Shown here piece after piece: positions 16,301 to 31,900 of a stretch of DNA of 64,000 nucleotides. The DNA is from Trichoplax adhaerens. Its lineage: Eukaryota; Animalia; Placozoa. The stretch spans positions 310,001 to 374,000 of the forward strand of contig NW_002060954.1 of the NCBI RefSeq assembly GCF_000150275.1. Reading direction: 5' to 3'. Both the position numbers and the translations under genes were made by a program. The notes under the pieces were generated by a model that was not told where the DNA came from, made no database searches, and saw only the letters and a program-made list of their open reading frames with translations. Position 1 is the stretch's first letter. The number at the start of each line of letters is the position of its first letter.

Positions 16301-19300
16301 TCCCTTGTTTTACTACGAATCGTTATTGTGTCGTTTTAGCACCCTAAAAAAAAAATAGGAACAATTACAAGAATTTATATCATGTGCTGCTATCTAAATC
16401 ATACTAGCTTTCCAGTTTAGAATTTCACCCAGTTCCTCCGACACAGTCCTGACCCCATAACTTCCATTTCCTATCCATGACAGTCTGACACAGACAGTCA
16501 AAGTCTATCACGTAGATTGCATTGCTATTGCTTATTATCCTTTGTTGGGATGTAGCAATTAATACTAAAACAGATTTTAGATCTGGCTATACGTTTAATT
16601 TATTAGTTATAAAACTGAAATTATCAACGAGTAACAAAATCAGATCTAAACAATATCTCTTCGCTTACTCTCCTCCTTCGTACATAGCTTTCACAGTCTT
16701 AAATATTGCCTCTTTTATGTACTCATATTTAGTAAAAATTACAAAATTTAGATAATTACACTAAACAAGGAGTCATATCTCTAGCTGTAAATAAACGCTA
16801 TCTACTCCTAAGCATCTTGTCTTCGCCTTCATCAAGAATAGTTAACACTACATAAGCCACACATCATGCTAAGCTACAGCGTGATGCTGCATCACATTGT
16901 ACTCTTGTCTTAGTAATTCACTACATAATCTCATTTTAACACATTGGATGTGGTACGAATAGCTACTGCTTATCGTTAAGACTTTCTTATATACATAATA
17001 ATTATCATTGATGTACATGAATCACTATAGACTAATTTATAACAGACCGTGAACGATTAACATCACCTTTGTAAGATCAAGTTGTGACGTTAACGCAATG
17101 TAATGATACCCATATTGCTGGTATGTTTTAGATGTAAATTCGAATTATTAATAACTTTTCACTAATGCAAATCAAATCAAAATTTAATATTATTAATAGA
17201 AAATAAGCAACGTAAAACCCATCAGCTTTCAGATAAACGTAATGAATTCAATGAGCAGGATGATAAAAGTAAGTTATATTTCAATAGTAAGTAAGGTTCA
17301 TCAGTAATCTAAAAATGTCTTACGTCATGGCATGATGTAATGGTTATACCGATGTAATTACCTCAAATATTACCCAAAAATTAATTAATCATCACGCCAT
17401 GTATCTCGTAATGCACGATATCTAGTTTCTTAACAGCAACAAAAATACCGTATATAATCTAACCAAGAACGAGTCAAATATAAAGCTTACGTTAGTTTTT
17501 GATGATTTTAAAACACTTCTTACTAAGTAAGTATAATGTTACAGATATTCGAGAAGAAACCCGACAAGTATTGGATCATTTATCTCATAAAGAACCTCAA
17601 TATGACCAAAGCAAAAATCAGAACAATAAAAGTAAATCCTGCTAGCAATTGCTAAATAGTAGAATTTGATCATAAATCTTCTGTTTAAAGTTTTTTATCA
17701 TAAAATTGATGTAGATATTAATTCAGAAGCTCAACAATCGGCACATCAAAAAATAGTACTTGGTGAAGCTCAGCTTGAAGAAAATACCCACACATATAAT
17801 AAAAGTATGTAAAATCTATCTTACTATTTTTTAATGATATGTTAGACAACATTAGCTGTACGTAAGAGCCATAGTATCACTGATAAATAATAGCCAGCAA
17901 AGTATAAAACTGCAGCATTCAAAAATATGTAGAGATCAACAGAATTAATAGAGCTATTAAAGTACATACCATATTAATATAAGTTGCAGTCTTCCGATAC
18001 ATGATACGTAATCCTGTAAATGTCGAAGACTTGTAATAAAAAGGTGATTGTAAACTGAGTTATTTCCCTCACACTGAGTCATTTCATTTAAAGCTTAGTT
18101 CGAACTCTTTATTTGTTAGTGTACTATTAGCAGATGTATAGGGACCCAGAATGTTCTGTACACTAAAAGATTTAAATATCACATTCGCAGATATTATGCC
18201 GGAAAAGGAATATTCGGATTATGACAAATCACACACAGAACGCCAATCCGATCAACAAAATTACCTTAACGGCAATGGTTGGTATACTCGTATGAATGTC
18301 TAGCTGGAGCGATAGTTTCTAACTCTTATAAATCTTTAGGAAATATTTAAAAAACAATTATAATTAATAACTATTTCTCAGAGTACAGACAAGAAAATAT
18401 TCTAAATAAACAAACCAAATTACAAAGCGAAACTTCGTTAAGGCAGCCGATGCTCTCCAACGACTATAGTGAGTAATAGATACTGTAAAGATGGTTTGTA
18501 AATGAAATTAAAGTTTCTATATTATTAAGTCGTTACTATTACTATATTATGCAATAAATTAATAAAAATATAACAGTAAATCAAACAGCACCGTCCCATG
18601 AAACTGTATCACAGCTGAGACAGAATATTACGAATAAATATGGTAAGTAAACATAAAAATTTTAAGACATGCTTTATTGAATTACAATCTTTGAAATTAT
18701 GATGAAATATTGACGTCAGTTAGTTATCATAATAATACAGGTAGCGATACTGAAAGCAAACAACAAAATCTTCTAGTCACGGAAGGCAGAAAGATATATC
18801 ATCAAAGTGCTTCTAACGGTAAGTAGAGGTATTTCTAAGGTGTCGACTAAAACATTATAACATTTATTTGTGAAACTACAACAAATTTACTCATTAAGAC
18901 TAACTCAAGTCTTTTTAAAGTGGAAGAACTTGATTCCGAAAATGTTACAGTTCAAGCGATCAAAAGTCAGTTATTATCTTCCAATAAAAATAATTGGCAT
19001 GGGTCCAGGAATAGCAGTGAGCTCAGTTTTAGGATTAATACTTAAAATGTTTAGCATTATCTAAGTGCATTATTCTCGCTAAGATTTTAATAATATCTAT
19101 CATAATCATAATTACCGTAGTAGCTGCTGGGAAAGAAACCATGGAGACTCCAAGACGTGCGGCACACTTGGATATATCGCCGGAATCTCAAGGTCACTCA
19201 AATAATCTACTTCGTTAGCGAATTAAAAGTTTTATCACATAAAGTAGTAAAAAATTTAGTATTCCAGCATATTCTAAGACTTCCAATTCGTAATTATATA

Positions 19301-22300
19301 ATTTAGAAGAATCATACGAAAATATACCATTGAATAAAACATCATTGCAAGCAAAAGCTCAACTGCTTATTCAGGACTGTTCTAATATTAATGGTGCGTA
19401 TCAAAATCGGAGTTAATTTTAATATTTATAACCCATTACATAGCGTCATCTGGTAACACATCGCCGTACGATTTTTACGGTTTTACCTTAAACTAAATAG
19501 ATTATCTAAATTGAAGCAGATTCCTAGATATATATTTAAGTATAGAAGGTATTTTGTTCTTTTTAGTATATTCTAGTATCAATAATTAAAGCAAAATGTT
19601 TGCAAATTACCATTTTACGATAGATTTTTCATAATAAGATTTTTTACATGTAGTTTACGAATAAGAATGAATATTATTAAAATAGTGTATTGAAGCTTTC
19701 TCTAAAAGAGAAAAGTGGAACTACTAAGGGCGTAATCATTTACTAGCCGTAGAATTGTTTCGCTAAGCGATTTGAATAGACGGTAGGTTTAGCAGAATTG
19801 GCAGTATGTAATGTTCTCATTGTTTCGGAGTGCGCAGCATTAAATATTACATGTATCTAATATTTAATTCTGTCATGGATTAATTACTAATTATCCTATA
19901 CTGATACCATAGTTAAAAAATATGAGATCCACTTAGAGCTTACCTTTACTCGTTCATAAATATATCATTTGTTTTAATGAATAAATCAATTAACAAAATC
20001 GAGTTTTGAAAATAGCACCAGATGTTGAAAAATACCACAAACTTGAGCAAGGGAGACAATCTTACAACCGGTAGGATTGATGGCATACTTGTTTGAATGT
20101 TATAGATGGATAGTTTCTTAACGTCAGATAGAGAGTTTGTTATTGATATTAATTTAAGCTAAGAATGAAATCTTATAGATTTGAATGAAGATTACTATTT
20201 CATTTGCATTGGCTATTTCAGAATTTTATAGCGCTTGCTATGTTTAATTTAGGGATCGGAAGATGGCTCATATTCTACAAGAACTCTTGGCTGAAAACCA
20301 GAAGTTGAGGTGAATATTATACTTGTAGCCCGTAAAAGTATTGTAAGGAAATTGTTTGAATATTTAACATTCAGTAGTGGTTATTATGTATGAGCTCAAC
20401 TTTATTGAAATAGGTTAAGTACCAAAGTACTATCCAGCTCATTGCTGTATGAAGAATACATATCTGATACATACTATCTCTAAAAATATTAATCTGCATA
20501 ATGCCATGTTAGGGTACAGTACGGTATCACTACATATTAATTTTATATATGTATACGCGTATATATGGATATATGCCCAATTACAGTAGTTATATCATGT
20601 CTACGCGACTACGCATTAATTACATACACAAATTTATAGACTTTGATAGCGTTATTCAATACATTAGTAGAAGTAACTAATATGCTGTTGAAATTCAACG
20701 GATAGAGAAGACATTTTGGATTTAAGGGAGGAAAATCGAGTACTGCTGGATGATAAGAAAGCTTTAATAGAAAATGATAGCAAGAATAAAGAACAAATCA
20801 TGAAGCTAAGAGAGGAAATTAGAAAAGAACAGAAAGAAAAAAAAAATATTCTGGAAGAAAAGAACTCTATGATAGAGAAATTGAGGATTCTTCAAGGGTA
20901 TGAACTTCAAATGATACCATGATAATTAAGTAATAGACTGCACAAGTGATAGGATTGGCAGATAGAATTATTACGATATTGGATATTATCATAAATGCGC
21001 GTATTACTTCGATGATCCATTTGGAGTTGCAATTTAATGATATACCTACCTTATAGGCTAAACATAGTATCATTCGTCAATTTAACTTAAAGTTAATGGT
21101 GTGTTTATATCCTTGTAAAAAATTTCTACTATAGGATTTTATCAAATACCCCAGGTCACTCACCTGATCATAGAGACAAATACGACGGTGATAAGCTAGT
21201 TAACGAATCTATTGATAAAGGTTCTCCCTTACCTCAAATTACTAATAGAATGTCATCTTTAAACAATGTGGGTGATGATAACGAACACAATAAAAAGTCA
21301 TACCACAGTACCACTCATTTTTCGGATAACCAGCTACATTTAGATCATAAGAAAAAATTAAAGGAATTTCAACATCCAGATTCTAAACTTGAGAATTCTA
21401 TTGATTCATCAATGGAAAAATTGGCAATAAGTGACCGTGGACACATTATTGATTCGCGTGTACCTCAATCGATGGAACCTTCTAATTTAATACTGAAAAC
21501 CGTTGAAGCATCTGTTACTCAGGATCATAACATTCCACGAGATGGAGCATTTTCACAAACATCCTCTTCTTACGCTGCAACGTTTCCGAGACAGAAGCTT
21601 ATATCAAATGATCACCAGTGGAAAAGTGTAGAGGGCAATGATCGGCCCCTTCAGCAAAGGCAACACGATGTTGAAGGAAAAATCATGTCATCTAATCCTG
21701 CTCTTGTTAAGACATTAGTATCGTCATCAGCTAATCAAAATCACGCCATTAATAACGGAAATTCTCCTGAAGCCATGAAGTTATACGATCTCTCTTACAT
21801 TCGCGACATAGTCAATCCTTACAAACATAAAAGTAAATTAATTTTAAGCAAACTTGATCTAGAAAATTATGTAATGAAAGTAATATTTAAATATTTTATG
21901 CAGGTTTTACTTGCCTATAAAGGCTTCTTAACTTAACATATTCACTTTTATATTATAATATACGTATGATCATAGAACCAAAGAAAGCATTCAAGCACGG
22001 TTCAGTTGAGCAATGGGAGATTAAGAAGAGTCAAATACCCAAGAAGCAAGTTCCACAGTCACTGTAGTAAGCAGCACAAGTGTCTTATAATAAAAAATTT
22101 TAAATTTGTTTTATTTCGATACTGGAATCGACACGTTTAATATATAGTACAAAATATATGGAAGAGGGCTTAAAATTTAGCGTATGCTTTATTATTAGTA
22201 GTATTATTAATACCACAGTGCAACTTTTTACGAATGTAAATGCATACCCCAGATTTTTCCTTTCTACATGTATTACTAAACTATTAATACAATCTGTTAT

Positions 22301-23258
22301 CTAAAACATTTTAGTAAAAGTCAAGATAAACAAGAAGAGGGTTATTATGGGATGTATCGATTTAATCAGATTACAAAACAACTTCATAGAACAGTAGAAA
22401 ATCGATTTTTTGTTAGACAGCCTGGATTATCAACAACTGTTACATCTACGATGCATCCAGGTGAGCCTACTCAAAGCTTTCGGTATTGATTTAATTATCT
22501 GTGAGACCAACTATGATGATATGTATTTGATTCAATCATATATGTAGATATCTGCTTCTTGGCGAAGTATATAGTACTGTCGTGGCTTAGCCATTGAGCA
22601 CTGATCTTAATTTGTATGTCAGAAAAGCCATACACATTGTAGTACAAACTTTGTCATTAAGTTTCCACGTTTGGTTCACGATTGGATTTGAATCTAGTTC
22701 TACTTTGCCACTTGCATTTTGTATTGAGACTGTACACATATCAACTTTTTATATAGCTAGCACTATACCCGTTCTACAAACGGGGATAAAATATTATACT
22801 GTACTGTCATGGTTATAGTAATTTTACTTTTTGTGATTGTCGGCGCACGTTAGAATGAAAAAGTTACCGTGAGTCCACACAATTAATTTAAAGTATATTG
22901 TATACCAGTGTACTGCATTTATATCGTATCGAGTTTGCTACTCACCGTTATTTTATATCAAATATATGCAATATTATTAGTCTTCTTGGTACTGACTTTC
23001 GATATCGATTTACAGTTCGTTACAATAATTACCGTACGTAGTCAAGCAGTTAATGAAAAGAAAAAATATTCCTTCCTTCTGAAGTATATTTTTTACCATT
23101 AAATTAATCATGTCTACTAAGTACGTCATTTTCTCGATTATTTTAATATTGCCATTATAGAACAAATATACCATTTTAATGAAAAATTAAGTCAAGAATT
23201 GAAAGAATTAGATGGTCAAATAAGAATGTATCAAGACAAGCCGATTAAACCTGAATAA
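10349..23258 (+). CDS. KIF12: Kinesin-like protein KIF12 (kinesin-16), N-terminal motor with a long multi-exon stalk/tail; true start uncertain (first in-frame ATG 10397; possible upstream exons near 9661-9699 and 10077-10104)
   Basis: SHIEVVVR|VRP, P-loop [32 protein letters not shown]|[20 protein letters not shown] (KIF12-type), switch I NDRSSRSH, switch II FVDLAG|[33 protein letters not shown]. The downstream coil [14 protein letters not shown] resembles KIF12 MLQEFMLENERLR. The last exon [19 protein letters not shown] ends at 23258. Joining the tail exons to this gene is less certain than the motor. Confidence 0.85.
15832..15914 (+). repeat. Dispersed ~80-bp repeat, copy 2 (KIF12 intron), palindromic core TAGTAAGCTTACTA
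   Basis: atatactccgcctagtaagcttactaattctgcctttatttaagactattgccattaaacactat vs 7248 atacacttcgcctagtaggcttactagaaatcactttttatttaggatttactgcatttaaatagtat. Confidence 0.6.
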
Positions 23259-25938
23259 GTTGCCTAATTTTAAGGCTTGTCGTATATAATATATATATAT
23301 ATATACATTAGTCTAGAGCAATTTTATCATCATAAAAATTTCTGAAAGATTAATAGCATGATAATTTCAAATTTTTACTCATATACAGTTCGAAGTATGG
23401 TTTAGATTTTCGAACCTTTTTCTTATTATTTTTCTGGTGTAATATCTACTCTGTAATACTCGAAGTTAAGAATTTGAATTACTGAATCTTACTAATTTTT
23501 AATTTAAGAAATAAAGATATAGCTATATTGTATATAAATATTAAATGCTGTAGATTCGGTAAGAATGGACATATAACTAGTTCTCTTTATATTTTAGAAT
23601 TATATCAAGAAAATTTTTAATATGATACGCGTATATAAAATATTTATTATACATTAACTTATATTCAGTATGTGTCAATGTGAACATTATTATTCAGTAG
23701 TTTTTGAAAGTGGATTATGGACATACAATAAAATATTAAAAACTGCCGTAGTGACAACTTTTCGAAAGATATCCTTAAATAGATAGCTATTCTATCAATG
23801 TAGATGTACAGCGCTGTATATCTGATAACTTGCGTTAGCTCATTAGATGATAACGGCTAGGTTATAAACAAAATCTAATCATCGCCTATCTTAATTAAGC
23901 TAGTACTAAATACTAGATACTCAAAATATCACCCTTAAATTCCGTCTAATCAAACTAAGACTGAGAGATTATATACAGGTAGCGATTTTCAAAGGAGTTT
24001 GCACTAATATTGCCGATAAATGTTAAGGCTATCAATTTGATATTAGTGGCTTTTAGACAGTAAACATGAATGAATATACAGACTTTTTGTGCGATATATT
24101 ATATATTAAAATTAATTAATTAATAATCATTCTAGATTCCTAGAGGTATACTTAATCGACATAAGTAGGTTAATGTACTCCTATGCAGCCGTCCTACAAA
24201 ATTTTGGTACACGGTATCGCATACTGACAATGTACAGTGCAGTACGGCATCAAGGTGTACATTTTATCATACTTGCTATATCTTTATTAGCTGTTAATCA
24301 AGAATCATCACTCATAGGCACGGGGTTATCAACTTATAGTCTCGCGCAGTGAAGCTTTTAATGTGAAGATTATTATTGCTGCACTCTGCGGCACAGTACT
24401 ATTACAATTGCCATCATTATTATTTTACACACAACAATACTATTGAAGCATGGCCTACTATGATATTGCAGTGAATAACAAGGTCTTAGTGTGTTGTTAC
24501 GATGTTACTTCTGGATATTATACGTTGACTACTATGTTCTATTTGATAAACATGTTTACACGTATTACTTGAAATGTATAAGAGATGTGCATATGCTTCT
24601 TCTCTTTCGTACGTTGATAAATTAGATAGCTTTGCTTAATTTCTGGCAGGCATCTTTAATAAAGCTTCTTCTATCTCAAGCTAGCTATCTGTTTAATTAT
24701 TGGAAGAGTCAATATGTTACTTATGACCTCTGAATTATCTGTTTAATAAGTGTAAATTGCCTCGTAGTGTATGGCCAAGGTCTAAAATCGCTGTAATTAA
24801 CACTACTCTAGATCATAATTGGCGAGATCAATTTATAACACTTCACGTAAAGGCGTATACATATTCCTTTGTTACTGTTTTATTTTCATTGGATATACAA
24901 AAGCACTGAATAGATTTATCACAAGAATAATTCAAGTTATACTCGTATAACATTAAATCATATTAATGCGATTGTACATGTATCACGCTGTCACTTTAAA
25001 TATCAACATTAAGATTAAATCGTTAAATGGAGATGATCGATAAGGAAAAAGCTTAGTGTAGCTTTAGCTCAACATATTGTGTGTACTTGAGTGCTTTAAG
25101 TGTTATCGAATATAATATAGGACTAAATTTGGGATATAAAAGTGTACGTTATTGCTGTAGAACATAGTTTCTTTGTGTACTAAAATTACATAGTAATGAA
25201 TCAAATAATAGCTGAAGCAATGTGCAACTATCTCATGAAACTGCAACAATAAATAGGTAATATTATGCCTACTTTGCACTTGCTATACCAATTTCTTTAA
25301 TGATGTATAACTTGCGTAATTATTCTTCCATAACTGTATTACTTAAAATATATTCATATTTCTTTCATTTCTTTCTGATTCTACAATATTCTAACCAATA
25401 TATTTTAATATCAACGAATTTCATACCTGTATACGATAAGTGATTATTATTAATCTTTCTATGGTGTCATATGTTTATCCAGTTTCCATAGAAACCTAAT
25501 TCAAGTAATTTGTGCGGGTTCGTTCAAGTTACTGTGACGTGACAAATTGAGTTACAATATACTCTATTAATTTAAGTTCGTAGTATATTCTGCCGAATTT
25601 CCACGGGTTTCACTAGTATATAATGATAAAGTTATCTTTATCTAATAGCGAATAAAAAGCAAAAGTAAATATAAACCGCTTTCGCTAAACGAAATTTAGT
25701 AGTGATTCGTGTTTGTCACAAACTATAGAAAATCAGTATATACATATATATTTAAATAAAAGGAGAAACCACAACTCTTTACTTTATATCATGTGTAATA
25801 TCTTGCAAGGGAATTAGCATACATGTAACAAATTCGTTAGGAAAACGACGCATTTCATGGCGAAACTATGAGTGAGTTAAGCTGTTGCTTTCCTGTACAA
25901 TTTCGGAATATTAATCAAGTTGATATAAATTCTCGTAA

Positions 25939-28900
25939 TTATTTTCCGATTGATGATTTTTGACGTAATCTGGAACTACAAAAATACCCAGAATATGAAA
26001 TTCTAATAATTTAGGAAAACAGACTACGGCGATACAATAGCATTTTAATACCTATCTAAACAGGTACTACTGTAACATTTAAGACCTATTTTATGATTTT
26101 AATTTACCTCGGCCTCAAGTTATTATTAATGCTATTGTTCGCTGTTGAATTTTGAACCATTGGAAGCGAAGTTAAAGCGATATTTTCAATTTCCGCTTTA
26201 AACTTCTTTTCTATCATATAATACAAACCAGTTTGACTCTGTAACAGATTTGAAATTATAGAAAGTTTTCGTTATTAGAAAGAAAATAGTTGAGAGTAAT
26301 TCACGTAGAATATTATACTAGCCTCCTTGTTATCTAGCTTAACGTCCTCACTTTCTGAATGATAACTTGATGATAGGCAATGAATAATATTTCTTAATCT
26401 ATCTTGGTCTAAACGCAATTGCTTATAGATTAGTTGATTACAATAAGTAAATTGGTATTAGCATAACCTAGCAAGATTAAATTTCTATCAGAAAAAATTA
26501 TATTGTATTAAGGCTTCCTCCTGCGGCTTATGCTAACCTTCTTCTCTTTGCATATCTTCATTCCATCTATCATTTCTATCGTTATCCCATAGATTTAAAT
26601 GTTGTGCAGAAACCCTAACATTACGAAGTTTTATATACAGGAGAGTTATTACAGTTTAATTTTAGATTAACAACTTTAGCTACGGTACATTACAACCAGT
26701 TTTTATTACTCTTACTGTTTGTGATATATAGTATTTACTGGATACGGTTAACAGTAGACAAGCATACTGAAGGACCGATGTTCCAGTTACCGCTGAAGTT
26801 GAAATGAATTTACTATGCTCTAGTACAATGGTAAATACGTAATACACGAGTGTACTCAAAAACTTAAACAAGAATCGTAACAATTTCTTTTCAGAAATAC
26901 CTTTAAATATTAACATTGGTATCTTATATCGTAATCTATATAGTTACTGTAATAACACAGCGTAGTTGGTAGAGCGATCTTAATTACATTAATTAATGTA
27001 ATTATCAATCCTACCCATGTTTTGTTAATTCCTGCTTTGATAGGCTTATACTAGTCTCTTTTAAAATCTTCCACGATATCGGAGTGTCTAAGGAAAGAAA
27101 TGAGAAGAACGCGGCCTCAAAATATATACCAAGAACTACGATTTCTAGTAAAACTTCAGTTTATCACATGCAATTCGTCTGTCAAATAATTATAAATATA
27201 TTCAGATGTATTCTAAACTATTTGGAAGTATATTTTAATAAATGTCGCTGGCATGAAGGTATTAAGTTACATTAACGCAATTAAGTCATGGATAATATTA
27301 CAATTATTTTAAGGTCTATAGTACTGTACATTACTTTAGAGTCATTAATAATTTATTGATTCATTTGCATACTAACCATTTTCACTGTCATCTTCCTCAC
27401 ATGAGCTAATACTAAAATCATCGGTATTTATCAAGACAGTCTTTTTGACTTGGAGATTAACCTAGAAATACAATAAATGGTATTATCGATATTTCATACA
27501 ATTTTCTGCTTGATTTTATTAATAATCTACTCTAATTCACAAGATATCGCTAGTTTACATTTTGCAAAGTATTAGGCTTTCTTTCGGTGCGATTTGTATT
27601 GGATGTATGTTCATTTTTAGACCGCTGAAATTATCAACAATACAAAATTTTGTTTAAATAAGTAAATTAATCAATTTTGTAAACAGAATTCTAATTAGAT
27701 GAAAACAAGTCCAATAATGTCTGATAATTATAACCAAAAGTCTTAAGAACTTTATATATTTGATTTATGATCACACGAATACCTTTAATCCTTGATTGAA
27801 CAAATCTTCTGCAGCAAATGGATTAGATTTCAACTGTCTGCTCCTATGGAATATACAGTATATACGATTCACGCTCAAATTTTTGCTAGATTACTAAATG
27901 ATGGGTTTTAATTTAGTTCGTTATTCTTCTGTCGCATTTAATCTAGATTATCCAAACGAATATTGTTCGATTTCACTATAATATCAACTATTAAGGTGAA
28001 TGTAAGTAAATCTCTTATTAACAAATTAAGTACTTTGTTGAAGTGGTATTCATACAGCAGATATCATCCTTGTGATTAATAAGGGTTTGCCATATCTTAG
28101 CCATGAAAAGGTTATTATTATCTGTATTGGTGGGCGAATAAACATGTTCTTGTCTTGTATTTGACTAGAAAGTAAGATAGTATTCGATTAGTCCTTCTAG
28201 TATTTATAAAGATAGGTAATCCGAAAGAAATGAATCAGAAATTTTTCGATGCAAGTCAAATTGAATAGTGTAAAGAACTTCATCGAAAAATTTTAACTGA
28301 CTGGTAATACAATAAACATATCTAAATACAAACATGTACAATGCCAGCCATTCAAGTAAATAATGTAATAATACTAATGCTAGTGAGGTTTTGTGCTAGC
28401 ATAGCAGCGTAAAATAGCTGCCAATATGAAATCAATACCAGTTTGGACAGTAAATTAAAGTTTAAATCGCAAAAGCTATTAATATTTTATCGTATTTAGC
28501 CAGTTGAAACCATCGGCTATTGGATAAAAATGTAAAATTTACTGTACTTCAGTTACATCATTTCTTAATTAAGTAACTAAGATGAGCAAACGGACCCGTA
28601 CACTTGTTTATCAAATACGAGAAACAGTCAGAATGACTAGGATAATCTGAAGAACGGAGGCTATGAATTGGTTTTTGTAGTAGACTAAAAGTCATAGATA
28701 TTTACGCCCATTACTTAAATTAATAAATGAAGCGGCTAATTGGTTTGGGCTTCTCAGTACTTACAGAATAGATTTTAATATCTATATAACTAACCTGAAC
28801 GATTTTACATGGATCAAATACAGCCATTTTTTTACTGACTGCAATTTTTCCGCTGTTGTTATCGTTGCCTTTGGCGTTGCAACATGATAAGTCAGAACAG

Positions 28901-31900
28901 GGAAACAATTCGTTACAGTTTATGCAACGTAGGTAATTGATTTGACTCCAAAATCTGAGGTGAATATAGTTTTTAATCACCTTACATTCGTAAGATAGAT
29001 AGTAATAATAAACAGTAAAACTGGTGATTTGATTCCGCGATATTATTATCGTGGTCCTCCTACCTCCAATATAGTTTCTTCCAACATTTTAGTTCTGAAT
29101 ATTGTTCTTTTATGAAAACGTTTATATTCCATTGACGATCTCTATGAGCATCGATAATGGCGCCATAGTTAATAACTGTAGTACTCGTATACATGTTAAT
29201 TATCGTACTATATTGTAAAATGTATTCTAGCAAAATAAGAATTATGGCATATATTTCATATTCGTTTCTTTACATTGCTTTATTTGTATTTAAAAGTGTT
29301 GTTATCCTTATAAAACTTACTATTGTTAATATGTATAAAATTAAAAGATAAAACCTGTACGCACTACGACATCATGAAAGACACCGGACTGATACCTGTT
29401 ATGTAGATAAACTAAGTCTCCATTTCTCGCTATATGGGTACTAAAACAGAAAAAATCGATACCAAAAAGTAATTAATGAACGCTATATAAATGTATTGAA
29501 GAGTATTCCTTAAAAGTTTGTCTTAAATCTTACGTTTCTACTGAGCATTTTATGAAAGGCTGCATTTCCATAGTGATAATACGATCACAATTTGAGCATC
29601 TTGACGAAAAGATACGATAAGTCGGACACAAAATTAATTATTGTTATCAAAAGCGAGGTATTTAGAACCCAAGAGTATTATAATTAACCGAAACAAGGTA
29701 GTGCCATTGCCTTGTCCAGCATTCTCAGAGTAAAATAATTCTTCGAGCTTTTTTTGATATAGTTTTCTATAAAAATTTTAATTAATATGATCAAATTTCT
29801 TGTAAAATACAAGGAAGTTTAAGTAAGGTTAATATAAATGCGAAACATAATAAGATCAAAGATGAATGAAGCAACTTCGCAGGTTTCAAGAAGGATAATT
29901 GCCGTGATAATTTTACAAACATAAACCACGAACGTTGTAATTTTATCTTTAGGATCCTTAATCATTGCTATTTCATCGACAGTCAAAAGTTTTACAAGCC
30001 TAGAATATATCGAAAGCACACAAATAAAAATCTTATAAGACTAGTAAGATGCTAGAACGTATTTTAACTTACTGCAGTTAGTAATCTCCATAATATTCTA
30101 TCTACGAAGTTATTACTATTGATTATATTCCGGAAAATTTACTGTCTAATACTAACTTCTTTAACAGACCGTCATTTAAACACTTAGGGTTAGAAGACGC
30201 AAGAATCTCCGATATATTACAGCGGAAATATAGTAGGCACTCATCTACCTATAATACCGTAAGAAGTATAACAGTTTTGATCGATACATCATTCATACAT
30301 AATTGTAAAAACACAGAAGTTGCGCAGCATTAATAATATAAGCTTAATTCTATTGATGTTAAGAAATTTTTAATAACTAGAGGTAAGCGTGCTTACGAGT
30401 TTGTTCATTTTTAAGTAATCAGCTGATATTATAATCGGGATAACGTTTTTTCTTGCTATGAAAAGTTAAAGTTAGTACTACCGCAAAAAATTCTGCAATT
30501 TAAATACATCACCAAAGTAAATGCATGAGCGTGCAGTAGGGTGACCACTGCATCCAAATTACATGCTATCTGTACTGTACTTATTGAAAGATTGATTAAG
30601 AGTTAAATTTATTTCTAAGACATTATAGTAGCTAACACTTACATACACTTTAACACAATATATACTGTACAGTGTGACGCAAATTAGCTTATAAAAATAT
30701 ACCTAATTTGGGTTTCTCTGTGATTTTTGATTGATCGCTGTTAGCATCCTTATCGTTACTCTTTACGTACTCCATTAACCAACGGAATATTTTGATATCG
30801 CAGTGAACTGAAATATCGATATCATCTGGGGAAGATATATCATGCGGTAGGCACTCAGCAAAGTACTGCATTTCCTTAACCAGTAATTCGCGAGGGCAAA
30901 TGAAGTCCTTGGTTACTATATATTGTTATTAAAATTACTATTAAAATAAACAAATGATGATAACTCAACTTTGTAAATGTAAAACTCTAATTATAATTGC
31001 GAAAAGTAATTTAGTTTTCTTACTCTGGTTTGCATCGTCGTATACATGAATTACAATAGGATGTCTGTAAAGGAGTTGAAAGATATAAGTAAATTATAAT
31101 TTAATTTAGATAACAAGATTGTACGTGAGCAATACGTACTATCAGGTATTTATTTGCTATACGTATATATGCACTATCAAGAAGGCTAAGCTATGTCAGT
31201 ATGTGATAAAGTATCTTCTCAAAAATACAACAAGAACTACAGTTTCTTGTAAACTTTACTTTATTACATGATATTAGGTTCGTCTTGCAACTACCAAGGA
31301 CTATCTAGCTGCAATCAGACTATCTCTAGACTATCTAAATTATTATAGTAAAATTCACGATTTATATACAATTCGTTACCCAATGGTTTTTCTTCAAATA
31401 CAATCATATCTTACCAATTAAGTTACAAGATCATATCTAAATTTACTAACGCGCTTCTAATTAAAGCGTCCCAATACAAACCTCACAGTACTAATATACT
31501 TGAGGCAATTTATTATCTTAGATCCTAATATAAACATTTCGCTATAATTATAATCGCTACAATATGTATTGTAAACGTCTTCTACAAATACACACTTGCT
31601 ACAATCTTACAATCTAACGTATAATTCAAACTATTCTCGTACAATCTTGGATCGTAATCTAAGTTATTTTTTGGGGCTGCACTACATAGTAATAACAAAC
31701 TCTGTATTTTTCTTGCCATTAGCTGCAATATAGCCACTACTTCGGTCATTAAGAACGAAAAAGATCAATTAGAATTCTCGATTATGTCCTATGTATTGCT
31801 TGGCATGCAGAAACAACGAGTGACAACAAAAATAGAATAGGAAGGAAAGCCGAAATTTAAGTTTTCGTTTATACTTTACTGTGTAATCAACAGACGCTAT

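Noticed and set aside
23283-23305. (TA)n and other simple repeats (13204 TTTTA, 38495 TTAGAAA, 53120 ATT)
   Set aside because: Ordinary short microsatellites in AT-rich DNA.
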